Origin: Gammaproteobacteria bacterium
GTDB lineage: Bacteria; Pseudomonadota; Gammaproteobacteria; WFUO01
Assembly: GCA_015484945.1 (NCBI GenBank)
Contig: WFUO01000064.1
Location: 1,373 to 65,372 of the forward strand
Reading direction: 5' to 3'
DNA: 64,000 bases
Each line of letters starts with the position of its first letter. Positions within the stretch are counted from its first letter, which is position 1. The position numbers were made by a program, and so were the translations under genes. Shown piece by piece: positions 62,748 through 64,000 of this stretch. The notes under the pieces are model-generated. The model worked only from the letters and a program-made list of their open reading frames with translations. It had not been told where the DNA came from and did no database searches.

Positions 62748-64000
62748 ATGGCACTCGTCAAGGCAGAAACAGCACAGGGCTTTGCCCGCTTGCCGGCCAT
62801 CCGTCAGATTGGCCTGATGATCGGGCTGGCGGCCAGCGTCGCGCTCGGTGTGGCTATCGTTTTGTGGTCACAGAACCCGGTGTACAGCCTGCTGTACGGC
62901 AACCTGTCCAGTAGAGACAGCGCCGAGATACTCACTGCCCTGCAGCAGGCCAACATCCCGTACAAGGTCGATCAGGCCAGTGGCGCGATCATGGTGCCGG
63001 CCGGCAAGGTGCACGAGGCGCGCCTGAAACTGGCCGGCAAGGGGCTGCCCAAGGGGGGCGGGGTCGGTTTCGAGATTCTGCAACAGGATCAGCAGATGGG
63101 CACCAGCCAGTTCGTCGAACGCGCCCGTTATCAGCGTGCGCTGGAGGTCGAGCTGGCCCGTTCTATTCAGACCATGCGTCCGGTTCAGAGCGTGCGTGTC
63201 CATCTGGCGGTCCCCAGACGCACGGCCTTCATCCGCAAGCAGGCCACCCCCAAGGCTTCGGTGGTGCTGCAACTGTTTCCCGGACACCGGCTGGACCGCG
63301 GGCAAGTGGCCTCGATCGTCAATCTTGTCGCGGCCGCGGTGCCCAATCTGCAACCCGACAAGGTCACGATTGTCGATCAGACCGGCCGGCTGCTGGCCGG
63401 TCTGGGTGATTCACGCACCAGTGGCGTGTCGGTGCGTCAGCTCGAGTATGTCCGCAGCCTGGAGGCCAGTTTCGCGAGGCGCATCGAGGCCTTGCTGAGC
63501 CCGATCCTGGGCGCCGGCAAGGTACGCGCGCAGGTGGTTGCCGATATCGATTTCACCGCGGTGGAAAAGACGCGTGAGAGCTATAACCCGGATCTGCCCG
63601 CGCTGCGCAGCGAGCAGGTGATCGAATCGCGTACGAAGAAACGCAACCAGACCGCCGCCTCGGGCGTGCCCGGTACGGTGACGGCCAAGCCCGCAGACAA
63701 GAAGAATGCCGGGAAGGGCAATGCCGGAACAGTGGATCACCGCAAGATGATTCGCAACTACGAACTCAACAAGACCATCAGTCATGTACGCATTCCGGGT
63801 GGTCGCATTCGCCGTTTGTCGATTGCCGTGGTGCTCGACAACAAGACCATCACCAACGAGGATGGCGAGGTGCAACGCAAGCCGTTGTCGAAACAGGAAC
63901 TGGCCAGATACACGGCATTGATCAAGAAGGCGGTGGGTTTCGATGCCCGGCGCGGCGATACCATCAGCGTCACCAACAGCGCCTTCCAGGTTCCCAAGCC
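62748..64000 (+). CDS. fliF: Flagellar MS-ring protein FliF, N-terminal ~417 codons (continues beyond window end)
   Basis: From ATG 62748 it reads MALVKAETAQGFARLPAIRQIGLMIGLAASVALGVAIVLWSQNPVYSLLYGNLSSRDSAEILTALQQANIPYK... The frame is open to position 64000, so it has no in-window stop and is not in the ORF track. Confidence 0.93.
   Translation, partial: MALVKAETAQGFARLPAIRQIGLMIGLAASVALGVAIVLWSQNPVYSLLYGNLSSRDSAEILTALQQANIPYKVDQASGAIMVPAGKVHEARLKLAGKGLPKGGGVGFEILQQDQQMGTSQFVERARYQRALEVELARSIQTMRPVQSVRVHLAVPRRTAFIRKQATPKASVVLQLFPGHRLDRGQVASIVNLVAAAVPNLQPDKVTIVDQTGRLLAGLGDSRTSGVSVRQLEYVRSLEASFARRIEALLSPILGAGKVRAQVVADIDFTAVEKTRESYNPDLPALRSEQVIESRTKKRNQTAASGVPGTVTAKPADKKNAGKGNAGTVDHRKMIRNYELNKTISHVRIPGGRIRRLSIAVVLDNKTITNEDGEVQRKPLSKQELARYTALIKKAVGFDARRGDTISVTNSAFQVPK

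Overview
Chromosomal window from a GC-rich gammaproteobacterium with a Pseudomonas/Vibrio-type polar-flagellum regulon (FleQ/FleSR, sigma-54 and sigma-28). The species cannot be determined from the sequence alone. Layout: (1) 1-13.8 kb is a housekeeping block: mutS (partial, reverse strand), PilZ-pncC-thpR, recA, DUF1451 protein, ppsA, LOG-family protein, recX, alaS, lysC, csrA. (2) 13.8-15.2 kb is the conserved csrA-tRNA-Ser-tRNA-Arg locus. Here it is heavily rearranged, with long local duplications, direct and inverted tRNA fragments, and three copies of a small four-hairpin element whose stems covary. I consider this the most unusual part of the window. (3) 15.4-19.8 kb holds convergent ppk and ppx, separated by a ~620-bp tandem repeat array built around long hairpins. 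(4) 19.97-26.5 kb is a visibly AT-richer five-gene signalling island: REC-RsbW-like kinase, sensor-less MCP, STAS protein, Hpt-REC-PP2C phosphatase and hybrid HK-REC-Hpt. It looks like a partner-switching module with no sigma factor and with a chemoreceptor embedded in it. (5) 26.8-34.1 kb holds slt, a DUF2835 protein, a double thioredoxin-fold protein, relA-like (p)ppGpp synthetase, tRNA-Arg(CCU), and a TIGR04283/TIGR04282-type glycosyltransferase pair bounded by tRNA-Arg remnants. (6) 34.2-64 kb is a flagellar cluster: flgNMA, cheVR, flgBCDEFGHIJKL, fliC, flaG, fliD, fliS, fliT-like, a 1109-aa TPR/GT9/pyruvyltransferase/methyltransferase fusion, a PilZ-like gene, fleQ, fleS, fleR, fliE and fliF (partial). 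Recognisable sigma-54 and sigma-28 promoters precede its operons. No transposase, integrase, CRISPR array or recognisable defence system was found. Many long ORFs in the track are antisense shadows of real genes in GC-rich DNA. mutS and fliF are missing from the track because they run off the window edges.
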